From: Azolla caroliniana
Lineage: Eukaryota > Plantae > Polypodiophyta
DNA: 64,000 bases
Assembly: GCA_043228905.1 (NCBI GenBank)
Contig: JBHGNT010000021.1
Location: 11,160,001 to 11,224,000 of the forward strand
Direction of reading: 5' to 3'
In this document: positions 47,598 through 59,296 of the stretch, piece by piece
Numbering within the stretch: the stretch's first letter is position 1
Layout of the letters: each line of letters starts with the position of its first letter
The notes under the pieces: model-generated
Seen by the model: only the letters and a program-made list of their open reading frames with translations
Database searches by the model: none
Told to the model about the DNA's origin: nothing
Position numbers and translations under genes: made by a program

Positions 47598-50500
47598 TCA
47601 CTTCGGCATGGGATGTCTTTCCAGTCCGACCCTCTTCCGGCACGCTTCCAGCTTGTCGGGTGTGAGCACTTTGGTCAGCATATCTGACCCGTTCTCGTCC
47701 GTGTGGATCTTCGTCAGCACGAACTCCTGGTCTTCTATCCTTTCCCGGATCCAGTGATATCTTCGCTGGATGTGCTTCGTCCGGGAGTGATAGGCCGCGT
47801 TCTTCGCAAGGTGGATGGCACTCTGACTGTCGCAGTAGAGTCGGTACTCCTCCTGCCGGATACCGAGCTCTCTAATGAAGTCCTTCATCCATATTATTTC
47901 CTTGCCGGCTTCAACAGCCGCCATGTACTCCGCCTTCGTGGTTGACAACGCAACCGTCTTCTGCAGCCTCGACTGCCACGAAACAGCTCCCCCTGCATAC
48001 GTCATCACATACCCTGATGTGGACCGGCTGGTATCTGCATCAGCCGACATATCCGAATCTGTAAAGCCGTCGAGTTCGGGCTTACCGGAGCCGAATTGGA
48101 GGCACACGTTTGCCGCGCCCTTCAGGTATCGGAGTATCCACTTGGCCGCGTTCCAGTGCTCCTTGCCGGGATTGCTCATGTACCGGCTCACCACTCCGAC
48201 TGCATATCCTATGTCCGGTCTTGTACACACCATTGCGTACATCAAGCTTCCGACGGCAGAGGCATATGGTACTTTCATCATGTCCTCCTTCTCAGCCTTT
48301 GTCTTGGGGCTTTGCTTGCTGGACAACTTGCAGTTTGCCGGGAGGGTTGACCCGACCGGTCTTGCTTCCGACATGTTGAACCGGTGAAGCACCTTTGTCA
48401 CGTACATCTCCTGTGACAGCGACAACTGCTTCTTCTTCCGGTCCCGGATGATGTGCATCCCTAGTATTTGCCTCGGCGGACCCAGGTCCTTCATTGAGAA
48501 GGTTCGGTGAAGCGCTTTCTTCAGCATCCGTATCTTGACCTGGTCCCGTCCGACGATCAACATGTCGTCCACGTACAGGAGGAGTATTAGAGAGTCTCCT
48601 CCTTCAAACTTCTTCACAAACACGCAGTGATCGGACTGCGTTTTGTGGTACCCTTCGTCGGTCATGAAAGAGTCGAACTTCCGGTACCATTGCCGGGGAG
48701 CCTGCTTCAGTCCGTAAAGGCTCTTCTTCAACCGGCATACCAGGTGCTCATTCCCTTTCTTCTCGAATCCTTCCGGTTGCTGCATGTAGATCTCTTCTTC
48801 GAGGTCACCGTGAAGGAATGCCGTCTTCACGTCCATCTGTTCTACCTCGAGGTCCATGCTTGCCGCTATGCTCAGCACCGTCCGGATGGAGGTCATCTTC
48901 ACCACCGGGGCAAATATCTCGTCGAAGTCGACGCCCTTCTTCTGCTGGAACCCCTTCACCACGATCCTGGCTTTGTATCTCGAGGGGTTTCCGGCATCTC
49001 CCGGTTTCAGCTTGAACACCCACTTGTTTCGAAGTGCCCGCTTTCCTTTCGGCAACTCCACAAGTTCATATGTGTGGTTCTCATGCAGGGAATCCATCTC
49101 CTCCTACATGGCACTTAACCACCTGCGGCTATGGGTGTCAAGCTTTGCTTCTTCAAAACTCTCCGGCTCCCCCTCGTCGGTTAGCAGCACGTGCTCTGGT
49201 TCTGGAAATCTCCGGGGGGCCCTTCTCTCTCTTAGAGGATATCTCCGTTCCGGAGCTTCGGTAACCGGCTCCTCCGTTTCCTCTTCATCCGAATCCATTT
49301 CGGGATCGGGGCCGGTTCCGGTATCAGTTTCATCTTCCTCGGCCGGTTCTGTTTCTTCACCGTCTTCGGCCGGATCCTCGAGTGCTAACCGGTCCCTTGC
49401 CGGTCGGGACTGCTCCTCGTAGAGTTGATCCTCACCGGTCGACTTGGAGCTCTTCATCTTCTTCTCCGACTCCCAGTCGGCGAGTGTCTTGTCCTCCATG
49501 AAGATGATATCACGACTCCGGAATATCTTCTTGTCGATCGGGTCCCATACTCGGTAGCCGAACTCGTCATCGCCGTAACCGAGGAATATGCATGGCCGGG
49601 TCTTTGGATCTAGCTTTCCTCTCCGGTCCTTTGCCACATGCACATATGCGAGACACCCGAACACCTTCAGATGCCGGTAGGATACTTCCCTACCGGTCCA
49701 CACTCTCTGCGGCGTGTCTCCGTCCAAAGGTACTGAGGGTGATCTGTTTATCACGTATGTCGCCGTCGACATTGCCTCAGCCCAAAACCCCTTGGGTAAT
49801 TTCGCATGCGCCAGCATACTCCGGACCCTCTCCATTATGGTCCGGTTCATCCTCTCGGCCAGCCCGTTCAGTTCCGGCGTCTTCGGCACAGTAAACTCGA
49901 GCCGGATTCCCTTCGAGCGACAGTACTCCTCGAACTGCCCCCGGTATTCCCCTCCGTTATCCGCTCGTATCGCTTTCAGCTTCTTGCCGGATTCCCTTTC
50001 CACTCTCGCGTGGTGTTCTTTGAAGACGCGCAACACTTGGTCCTTTGTCTTCAACGGTGCCGTCCAGAGCTTCCAGCTGTGGTCATCAATGAATGTCACG
50101 AAGTACTGGGCTCCGCCATGTGACTTCGTTTCTACTTGACACACGTCAGTGTGCACCAACTCCAATGGTGCGCTACGTCTCGTCGGTGGCCTTGAGTGGA
50201 AGGAGGTTCGGTTCTGCTTACCGGCCAGGCAATCGGTGCACTTCTCCAGGTGCACATGCTTCACTGGAATAAGGTTGTCTTCTGCAAGCCTCTTCATCCC
50301 CTTCTCACTCATGTGGCACAGTCTCTTGTGCCACAGCTCACCGGCAGTGTCGGCTGCCATGTTCAACTCCTCCGGACACAACCAGGCATTCATAAGGTAC
50401 AGTGTGTTGACTTTCCGGGCCCGAGCCACTATCAGGCTCCCCTTGCTGAACTTCATTACGCCGTTCCGGATGCTACCTGTGTAGCCTTCATCGTCTAGCC

Positions 50501-51671
50501 TCCCGGCCGAAATCAGGTTCAATCGAACCTCCGGAACGTGTCGGACATCCTTCAGCAACATTTTGCATCCGGTCGAGGTTGTCAACCACACGTCTCCTAT
50601 GCCGGCAATCCGGCACGTACCTTCATTTCCCATCCGAACACAGCCATGCTCACCGGCTGTGTAGGATGAGAAGTATCTTCTTTCCGGGGTCAGGTGGAAC
50701 GACGCTCCGGAATCGACCACCCAGGTAGTCTCATCGCCGGCAATGTTTAGTTCACCTTCTTTGGTGATGAGCATGATCTCCTCTTCACTTGCCGCGAGTG
50801 CCGTCGTTCCTTTCAGGTCCTGCCCTCGCCGATCCGAACCATTCCGGTCCGTGGCTCCCCGGTAAGCACCGTTCCGTTCCGAAGACTTCTTCGAATCGGT
50901 GTCGTCGGCTCCGTTGTCTTTTCGGTAATGCCGACAATTCTTTCGGAAGTGCCCCGGCTTCCCACAGTGGAAGCATGTGGGCCTTCCTCTTGACTGCGAC
51001 CGGGTCCCCGACTTCTCCCGTCTTTGCGGACTCCGGTTCCGTTGTCTTCCCCGATCCGATTCGGTAAGCAGCATCTTCGGATCGGAGGCCGGTTCTTTAT
51101 CTCTCTGACGCGCTTCTTCGTTCAAAATGCTTGTCTTTACCGTTTGTAGAGACAAGTTATCTTTGGTGCAGGAGGTGCTGAGAGTCACCACCAAGTTCTC
51201 CCAGCTTGCCGGCAATGTACACATCAGGATGATGGCTTGCATTGCATCCTCCAACGGGAACTTGATCGCCGCAAGCTGGTTCACGAATCCCATGAACGTG
51301 CTTACGTGTTCCACCATACTCTCGCCGTCTCGGTACTTGAGGTTCACTATCTTCCTCATCAGGGAGGTCCGGTTCAACGCATTCTTCCTCTCGTAGAGGC
51401 CCGACAGCTTCTGCCACATCTCATATGCATTGGTGTCGTTCGCCACATGTTGTAGAACGCTCACGTCGACGTATTGCCGAATGGTTGCAACGGCTTTCCG
51501 GTTCAGAAGCCTCCATTCCGTCTCAAGTACCCCCTTGGGTATTTCCGACCTGTCGATCGGTTCATACAGGTCCCGAACAATGAGTAGATCCTCCATCTTT
51601 ATCTTCCAGTCGGCGTAGTTCTGCGCATTCAGCACTATCATCCCCGGCTGCCCGCTGCTGCCTCCTTCCAT
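47598..51671 (-). pseudogene. Copia gag-pol of H with a single in-frame TAG at 49104-49106
   Basis: ORFs 49104-51758 and 47598-49097 share a frame. Motifs CFHCGKPGHFRKNC, VVDSGAS, RADNGGEY, MDVKTAFLHG, YVDD, TKHIQRRYHW. Confidence 0.95.
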
Positions 51672-54600
51672 TTTCTGCACTGCAGTTGCTCTAATACCAG
51701 ATTGTTGGGGATTGACGCTTTCAAAACCTTCACCTCTCGGCCACAACCGAGGAAACACGAATCAATGCAGCAGTAAATCAAAAACACAGAGAGAGACTCG
51801 AATGCACAGGGTTTAGCATGGAAAACCCTAGACAGGAAAAACCACGGGAATGCAAGATTCCAACTATCACTATACGCAGGGATTGTACAATGGCGAGCTG
51901 CAAGGCGACGACCTTGAGCTCGCTGTCCTCGCCATAGGCGGTGGTATTACACAAAGGTGTCGACCTCTTCCTTTCTCTCTCTCACTCTCTCTCTCGGCTG
52001 CTCTCACTTCGCTCCCTCTAAGTGAAAACAGAAAAATGAGCAACAACTAACAAAACTGTTTGCCCTAAGTCATATTTATACACATATGACTTTCGGGCTA
52101 TTTACAAATATAGCCTCGAGGGCCCTTGGCAAACATATTCAAAAATATGTCCCCGCATCCGGATCTCTCTCCGGGTACATTCGTCATCCGGCTCCGTAGC
52201 CGGGGTCTTCGTCATCCGGCTCCGTAACCGGGGTCTTCATCATCCGGCTCCGTAGCCGGGGTCTTCATCATCCGGCTCCGTAGCCGGGGTCTTCATCATC
52301 CGGATCCGAAACCGGGTCTTCATCATCAGGTTCCGATACCGGGTACTCCTCATTCGGGTCTTCATTCCCGATTCCCGGACATCTGACCATCCCATCCGGA
52401 GGGACCGTAATCCCAACAAATAGTACTAAACCCGACTCTATTTCTCTAGGTGTGTCTGATAGTCCTAATAGGCGAAGCCTTTCAAACAAATTTGAAATCC
52501 TTAGTCATTGACTAGAAGAAGAGTTAAACGATTAAGTCGAACCAAAATAGGAGCCGTTTGGTTGGACAACCCTAGATCTGTGTAGCCCATTAGTGGTTCC
52601 ATTTCCTCTAAGCAAGTTAGCAATGTGTTCTTAGCTCATGTAATGGTTAGTACTAAAAGTACTCCTCTAGTACATGTCTTAGCACTCTTAGATTCCAGAG
52701 CCAACTCTTCCTTCACGGATAGGAATTTTGCCCAAGCTCATAAGATATCTCTAAAAAAACTCCCGTGTCCAGCCTTTGTAGTAGTCATTGATGGTCGTCC
52801 CATTGCTTCCAGAAATATTATAGAAGAGTCAGAACCCGTTAATATTGTCCTAGATAACTTAGCATGTGATCGCAAGTCATTTAATATAATTAGTATCCTA
52901 GAACATCCCATTGTTTTGGGATTACCATGGTTCAAATTACATAAACCAACCATAGATTGGAGAACAAGAGAAATACAATGTCGACAAACCTAGGGATCTA
53001 CTAATAATATTGCAACCATTTCACTACATCAGTTGCGTGAAGAAGGAAGCAAGGAAGAAATGTTTTCTTTGCAACATCAGTAAACCCTTCCAGTATCAAT
53101 AAAGAGTAGTCCACGGTTCAACTTTCAGCAAAGTATCGTGATTATGCCGATGTGTTTGATAAAGTACGAGCCAATACGCTTCCTCACCATCGATTGTGTG
53201 ATTGCCCCATCGATTTATAACCGAGAAAAGAGCCACCATGGGGACCGATCTACAATTTGTCACCAACCGAGCTAGAAGTCCTTCAAGCCTATAGAGAGGA
53301 GAATTTGGCAAATGGTTTCATTCGACAAATTCAAAATATCCAGTCAGCGCATCCATTTTCTTCGTCAAGAAAAAGGATGGATCACTTCGTTTCGTCGTAG
53401 ATTACCGTCGATTGAATAAAGTCACCATCATGAATAGGTATGCACTTCCCCTTTTCTCAAGTCTTTTAGAACGAATCAATGGTGCAAGGTTCTTCACAAA
53501 GATTGACTTATGAGGAGCATATAACCTCGTACGGATCTGACTAGGAGATGAATGGAAGACTGCGTTTCGCACCAGATATGGGCACTTCGAGTATACGGTC
53601 ATGCCATTCGGCCTCACTAATGTGCCAACAATCTTCCAGCACATGGCAAATGATATATTCCAAGATCTCTTGGATGATTTTTTGATCATCTATTTGGATG
53701 ATCTACTGGTTTATTCGAAGACCCAAGAAGAGCATGATTTTCATGTACTGTTAGTACTAAAATGACTTTGAGAACATGGTCTTTATGCAAAACTGGAAAA
53801 ATGTAGTTTCGGGTGCAACCAGGTAGAATTTATGGGCTATGTCATTTCCTCGGAAGGCATCTCCATGGATCCAACTAAGGTAAAAAACGGTGGTAGAGTG
53901 GCAGACTCCGCGTTCGTTGCGAGATGTGCAATGCTTTTTAGGCTTTGCCAATTTTTACCACAAGTTCATACAGGATTACTCAAAGCTTGTTCTGCCTCTT
54001 ACACAACTTATTAGGAAGGGACAATCGTTCGTTTGATCTAAAGAATCAAACATGTCTTTTGAGAGTCTTAAGAAGGCAATCACATCAGCTCCTATTTTAG
54101 CTCATGTTGATCCAGAAAGACCATTCATCATTGAAGCAGACACGTCGGATTTCGCCTTGGGTAGCATTCTGTTTGAACAAGGTGATGATGAAAAGCTACA
54201 TCTTGTGGCTTTCCATTCATGCAAGTTTGACGCCACAGAAATCAACTATGAAATTCATGATAAGGAGTTATTAGCAATAGTGGAATCTTTTACGCTGTCG
54301 TGAAGATTTTCGTCCATAGGCGGAAAACCGAGCGAAGCAAGCAAACCCGCGATGTGCAACGTTGCACATCAACATGTTGTAATTCTATTTATCGATAGTG
54401 ATAAGTATGGTGCTAGAAATGCACCTTAGGATTTGTAAAGTGTAAACGTGATGTGCTTTGCGTGCACATCCACGTGAGAGAGAGAGATAGGTACATAGTA
54501 GTTTGTGTAGAGGTGGGAGTTAAGACCCATCCTTCCCACCTCCCCTAAAATCAAGGGAAATATCCCCATTGATGGAAAGGGGATATTTTGTGGCACCCTT

Positions 54601-54962
54601 TTTGTAAACGGTCTTCTCTCCTTGTGCTATAAAAGGAGAGGAAGAGCACCATTGTGGGGGTTGCCTTATTTTTGAGTGTGAGTGAGGTATACCATTTCGT
54701 TTTAGGGTTAGGGTTTCGTTTAGGGTTCCTTAGTTAGGGTTTCTTGTGTCGTTTGGTGCGGCCTACGCGGCCGCCATTTTGTAATCGGTTTCGGTTCTAA
54801 TATATCTTGTTGAGCATTTGGCCTCCATCTTCCTCTTGTTCATTCTTTCGCTTCTTGTGCTAAGCTCCATTCCGAAGTCCTATTCCCTCTCCCCTTCTCC
54901 TTAGTCCAACACCCCCGTGGTTCCGCCCTTCTCCACGCACGCGCGTAACAACGCGACATCTT

Positions 54963-54980
54963 TGGTGAACCCGACGTGAA
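54963..54980 (+). promoter_or_regulatory. Primer-binding site complementary to the tRNA-Trp 3' end
   Basis: TGGTGAACCCGACGTGAA is the reverse complement of TTCACGTCGGGTTCACCA, the plant cytosolic tRNA-Trp 3' end as I recall it. Confidence 0.85.
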
Positions 54981-55000
54981 GGGCGGCAAGGGAGAAAGAG

Positions 55001-58000
55001 ATGGAAGAAGGCTTCGACTTCGAGGAGATGATGACAAAGATCTTGATGGACGCTAGACGGAAGAGGGCGAGGCGAGAGGCGGCTCAACAAGCGGTCGAAA
55101 GGGTGGTCCGTCTAGTTGGCCGGTTCGATGGGAAGGAGGTCCCAAAAATTTTGAGAGCCTACGATGCGGAAATGACGGGGATGGGCGTGGACGAAGCGAC
55201 GAGGCTAGAGTTCTTTCGTCGAGCGGCGGCCGCATCAAAGTACGAGGAGGTCAAGGAGCTCCAAGAAGCTCACGAATCGTGGGAGTCCTTTGAAGGGGCT
55301 CTAATGGAGGCATATGGGTGCGCGGAATCGGAGGTAAGAGGTCGGCGAGAGTTCGATCGGTGGGTGGCGTCGGCGAGGCGCCATCGGAGCGCAATGGAGG
55401 CATTCCGAGAGTTCGAGCGTCGTTTCTCTCAACTCTCGGAGTGGGAACGAAGATCGGTGGGGGCGGACAAAGTCCTCCTATTTTTGAAGACGGTCCATCA
55501 TGAGGAGAGGATGGACATCATGTTCGAGCTTCAAGACGATTATGGGGCACATGGTCTCACCGAGGAGTGGCCCGAAGTGGAATGGGTGTGTCGGCAACAT
55601 GAGGCGAGGCGGTCGGCCACAACACGGCCCGCGAGCGGGGGAGAAGAGAGAGCGACGACCGACTACGCCATGCCGCCGGACGAGAGCTCATCGCGAACCG
55701 GTTTGGAGGGGCCCGACCTACAAGCGCTAATACGGGAGGCGTGCGGGCTCGTAATGGCGAAAATCGAAGCCGAAGAATGGCTTATTGCGGGGTCGGGCCC
55801 GAGCGGATCGGAGGACGCGAAGGAAGGAGCTTCCTCACACGTGGAGGACGGGGCCTATGCGGAGGCCGAAAGAGAATGGTACATCGGTACCACGGGAGAG
55901 GGTGCGGAGCGAGCCGCCCTCTCGACATGGGGGAAAGGAACGACCGAGGACGAGGTCGGGGACGGTGAGGCGGCGATCGCCGACTCGAGCGGACATGGCG
56001 GATTCGGGACATGGTGGCCCGAATCATCGAGTACGGAGGAGACAAGCGGCGGTACCGCAACCTTCCACGCACCGGTTCAAGAGACCCCGGCGGCCGGCCC
56101 GAGCGCCCGCGTGAGACCGAGGGAAAAGAACGGTGGCGGCGGCAAGGCGGGCAACCGAGACAGCGGTAAGGAGACCGCGGAAGAGGCGGCGGCAAGCATA
56201 ACCGATGCTTGCATATACGGAGGCGGGGCAGCCACGGACAACGACGTCCGAGCGGAGGTGGCTACGGACATTACATCGACGAGCGGCTGTCCCGCGACCT
56301 TACACGCGTCATTCCTAGAGATCACGGCGGCCGGCCCGAGTGCCCGCGTAAGACCTATGGTGAAAGGCGGTGGCGGTGGCAAGGCGGGCGACCACGGCGT
56401 CGACACGAGAGAAGGTGCGGAGCAAGCGACCGTCTCATCTCGGGGAAAAAGAACGGCCATGGACGAGGCCGATATCTACGGAGCGATGGACGCCACTTCG
56501 AGAGTGGGCGGAAGTTTCGGGACGCGGTTGCCCGAAACGTTCTACGAGGATTTCGCAAGCATACTCGAGGCTTGCGAAATGGAGGAGGAAGACGAAACGA
56601 GCGATGGTGTCGCGACCTTCCACACACCGGCCCTAGAGGCTTCGGCGGTCGGCCCGAGTGCCGGCACGAGACTTAGAGCTACGGGCGGTGGCGGCAGCAA
56701 GGCGGACAACCGAGATGAGGACGAGACCGACGAAGAAGAGGCGGCGGCAAGCATACTCGATGCTTGCGAAACCAAAGACGGGGTAGCCACGGACGACGAT
56801 GTCCGAATGGAGGTGGCTACGGACGAGAGGAGTGGTGGTGTCGCGACCTTCCACACACCGGGCCTAGAGACTCCGGCACCCGGCCCGAGAGCCGGCGAGA
56901 GGCCTAGAGTGACGGACGGTGGCGGCGGCAAGGCGGGCAACCGAAACGACGACGACATGGGAGAGGGTGCGGAGCGAGCAACCCTCTCGTCTTGCGGCGA
57001 ATGGACGGCCAAGGATGAGGCCGGTGACTACAAAGCGGAGAGCGCCACTTCGAAAGTGGGCGGAAGATTCGGGGCACGGCGGCCCAAAACATCGAGCGGA
57101 GAGGAGGCGAGCGGTGGTGCCGTGACCTTCCACACACCGGCCCTAGAGGATTCGGCGGTCGGCCCGAGTGCCGGCACGAGACCTAGAACGACGGGCGATG
57201 GCGGCGGCAAGGCGGGCAAACAAAATGACGCGGAGAACGGCGAAGAAGAGGGGGTGGCAAGCATACTAGACGCTTACGGAATCGGAGATGGGGGAGCCGC
57301 GGACAACGACGTCCGAACGAAAGCGGCTACGGAGACAACAAGCGGCGGTGCCGGGTCCTTACCCACACCAATCCTAGAGGCTCCAATGGCCGGCCCGAGT
57401 GCCGGCATGAGGCTTAGTGCGACGGGAGGTGACGGCGGCAAGGCGGGCAACGGAAACGAGAAGGAAGATTGGAGCGGACGGAGGCAAGACCCCTTGACAC
57501 CGGGGCAGGAGACTTCGGCGGTTGTGCTCGAATGCCAACGTGAGACCGGAGAGATGGGCGGTGACCGTGAGGAGGTGAGGCCCGGAGAGAGCGCATACGA
57601 AGACGAGTATGCGGGGCCCGGAATGGGCGTATACGGTGGGTCCGACGGAGAGGACCGGAGCGGAAACGAGGAGAGAGTCGGGAACCGACCCGACCGGAAT
57701 ACGGCACGGAAGAAGAAGAGAGTAAGGGCCGGCGAACCGGGCCCAAACCGAAGGAAGCCGACGAGACCGATTGGCCGGTTACGGTTACGGTTACGGTTAC
57801 GATGGGAGCCGGTAAGCGCGAGATGGAGGCTAACCGGGCACGACGACCATGGTTCGGGGGAAAAACGGAAACAAACGAGACCCTCCATACCCACTCTAGA
57901 GACTACGGCGGTTGCGGATCAACATAAGACCGGAGAAACAGCGGGTGGCGGCGAGGAGCCGGAGGCCGGAGCGTACGAGGTTACCGGAACGGATATCCGG

Positions 58001-59296
58001 TACGAGATGGTGGACAGGTGGGTCCAAGACGGCGAGCCCGTGTCGGAACGGGCTACGGCGACAAAGGAGGAGAAGACCGACACGGAGGTCGGGTCTACGG
58101 CGGAAGAGCGAGACGAGATGCATGCAATACGGCCGATGGAGGGCCGAGACACAAGCATGCCTACGAAGGAGCCACATCGAGCGACCGAAGATGACGGTCG
58201 GATCACGCCTTCGAGAGGCAAATACGAGGAGGAAGGCGGCGACGACGAGACCTGGCACGATGCTAGGGAAGATTGGTGGGAAGAGGTGGCCTACGGAGAG
58301 GCTAAGACCGACGGCCACGACGATAAGGCCCGAGAGGGATCCTCCACACCGGCTATAGAGACTCCGGCGGTCGGCGCGAGTGCCGACGTGAGACCAAGAG
58401 TGGCTGACGGTGGCGGTTTGGGGACGAAGGCCACAACGGATGAAGGCACCGAGAGAGGCATACGGGAGGTCGCGGAGAACGAAGATGTATGCGCCCAAAG
58501 GAACGAACACGACATCACGAAGGATGTGTGCGGTCGAGCGGGCCAAGAGGGCCAAGAGGGTGTTCCTCCGAGCGAAACGGAGGTCGGGGAAGAAGGGTAC
58601 CTTTCCGAAAGGGTACGCGAAGAGGAGCGGAATGCGAAACGTGCAATACGGCCGCATGAGGGCCAAGCAACGAGCACGGGAACGATGGTATGCTCTACGG
58701 CGAGAGAGCACGGCAAGCAAAAGGGAAGGCGAAAAATGCGTGATGGGGTCATCGAAGGACCGAAGCACGAGCACGCATTCGGAGGACGACACCGACGTAC
58801 GGGGAAAGCCTACGGAAGGCAAGCGCGGAGCGAGAAGAGTCGGCACGACGAGGTGCGCGGCACGAAAAAGGCGGATCCGGAGGATACGCGAGGCGGACAA
58901 AGGGTCGGCAACGGCGTTCGGGAGGACCGAACGGGGAGGAAAGCGCGGGCATCGGATATGGCGGTCCGAGTGAAGTCGGTGGTTCGAGGAATCACGGTGG
59001 ACGTGGCGGATCGGGTGGAGGCAACGACTCGGCGAACGTCGTCAAGTGTGGCGGATCGGATGGAGCCGACGGTTCGAGACCATTCGGCGGAGATGGTGGG
59101 CCGGAAGGCGACGGTGGTTCGTGTGGACGGGGTGGACTTGCTCGAAGTGGAAGACGAAGCCGGGCAAGCCCACGAGGTTGTCAAGGGCTCGGTTGGCCGC
59201 CTTGGCCGAAAATCTCGCGTTTTGTTCCCCTTTTGGCACATACCGGTGGATGTGCGGTTAGGTGGGGGCGGATGTCGTGAAGATTTTCGTCCATAG
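55001..59296 (+). CDS. 1431-aa protein: Gag-like N-terminal ~200 aa fused to an acidic Gly/Ala/Thr/Glu-rich repeat region
   Basis: Uninterrupted ORF from 20 nt after the PBS into the 3' LTR. Gag-like GRFDGKEV..WESFEGALMEAY..FREFERRFSQL. No protease, RT, RNase H or integrase motifs. Confidence 0.8.
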   Translation: MEEGFDFEEMMTKILMDARRKRARREAAQQAVERVVRLVGRFDGKEVPKILRAYDAEMTGMGVDEATRLEFFRRAAAASKYEEVKELQEAHESWESFEGALMEAYGCAESEVRGRREFDRWVASARRHRSAMEAFREFERRFSQLSEWERRSVGADKVLLFLKTVHHEERMDIMFELQDDYGAHGLTEEWPEVEWVCRQHEARRSATTRPASGGEERATTDYAMPPDESSSRTGLEGPDLQALIREACGLVMAKIEAEEWLIAGSGPSGSEDAKEGASSHVEDGAYAEAEREWYIGTTGEGAERAALSTWGKGTTEDEVGDGEAAIADSSGHGGFGTWWPESSSTEETSGGTATFHAPVQETPAAGPSARVRPREKNGGGGKAGNRDSGKETAEEAAASITDACIYGGGAATDNDVRAEVATDITSTSGCPATLHASFLEITAAGPSARVRPMVKGGGGGKAGDHGVDTREGAEQATVSSRGKRTAMDEADIYGAMDATSRVGGSFGTRLPETFYEDFASILEACEMEEEDETSDGVATFHTPALEASAVGPSAGTRLRATGGGGSKADNRDEDETDEEEAAASILDACETKDGVATDDDVRMEVATDERSGGVATFHTPGLETPAPGPRAGERPRVTDGGGGKAGNRNDDDMGEGAERATLSSCGEWTAKDEAGDYKAESATSKVGGRFGARRPKTSSGEEASGGAVTFHTPALEDSAVGPSAGTRPRTTGDGGGKAGKQNDAENGEEEGVASILDAYGIGDGGAADNDVRTKAATETTSGGAGSLPTPILEAPMAGPSAGMRLSATGGDGGKAGNGNEKEDWSGRRQDPLTPGQETSAVVLECQRETGEMGGDREEVRPGESAYEDEYAGPGMGVYGGSDGEDRSGNEERVGNRPDRNTARKKKRVRAGEPGPNRRKPTRPIGRLRLRLRLRWEPVSARWRLTGHDDHGSGEKRKQTRPSIPTLETTAVADQHKTGETAGGGEEPEAGAYEVTGTDIRYEMVDRWVQDGEPVSERATATKEEKTDTEVGSTAEERDEMHAIRPMEGRDTSMPTKEPHRATEDDGRITPSRGKYEEEGGDDETWHDAREDWWEEVAYGEAKTDGHDDKAREGSSTPAIETPAVGASADVRPRVADGGGLGTKATTDEGTERGIREVAENEDVCAQRNEHDITKDVCGRAGQEGQEGVPPSETEVGEEGYLSERVREEERNAKRAIRPHEGQATSTGTMVCSTAREHGKQKGRRKMRDGVIEGPKHEHAFGGRHRRTGKAYGRQARSEKSRHDEVRGTKKADPEDTRGGQRVGNGVREDRTGRKARASDMAVRVKSVVRGITVDVADRVEATTRRTSSSVADRMEPTVRDHSAEMVGRKATVVRVDGVDLLEVEDEAGQAHEVVKGSVGRLGRKSRVLFPFWHIPVDVRLGGGGCREDFRP

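Larger units (their letters stand above)
46899..52418 (-). mobile_element. Full-length Ty1/Copia (H) with one premature stop
   Basis: LTRs 46899-47587 and 51703-52418. TSD AATAG (46894-46898, 52419-52423). PBS TGGTATTAGAGC(-) at 51688-51699. PPT at 47588-47598. Confidence 0.97.

Noticed and set aside
54699-54741. Telomere or interstitial telomeric array
   Set aside because: Only four interrupted units, duplicated as part of the LTR.
57896-58900. 334-aa antisense ORF and other overlapping ORFs in element I
   Set aside because: Expected by-products of a GC-rich, stop-poor sense ORF.
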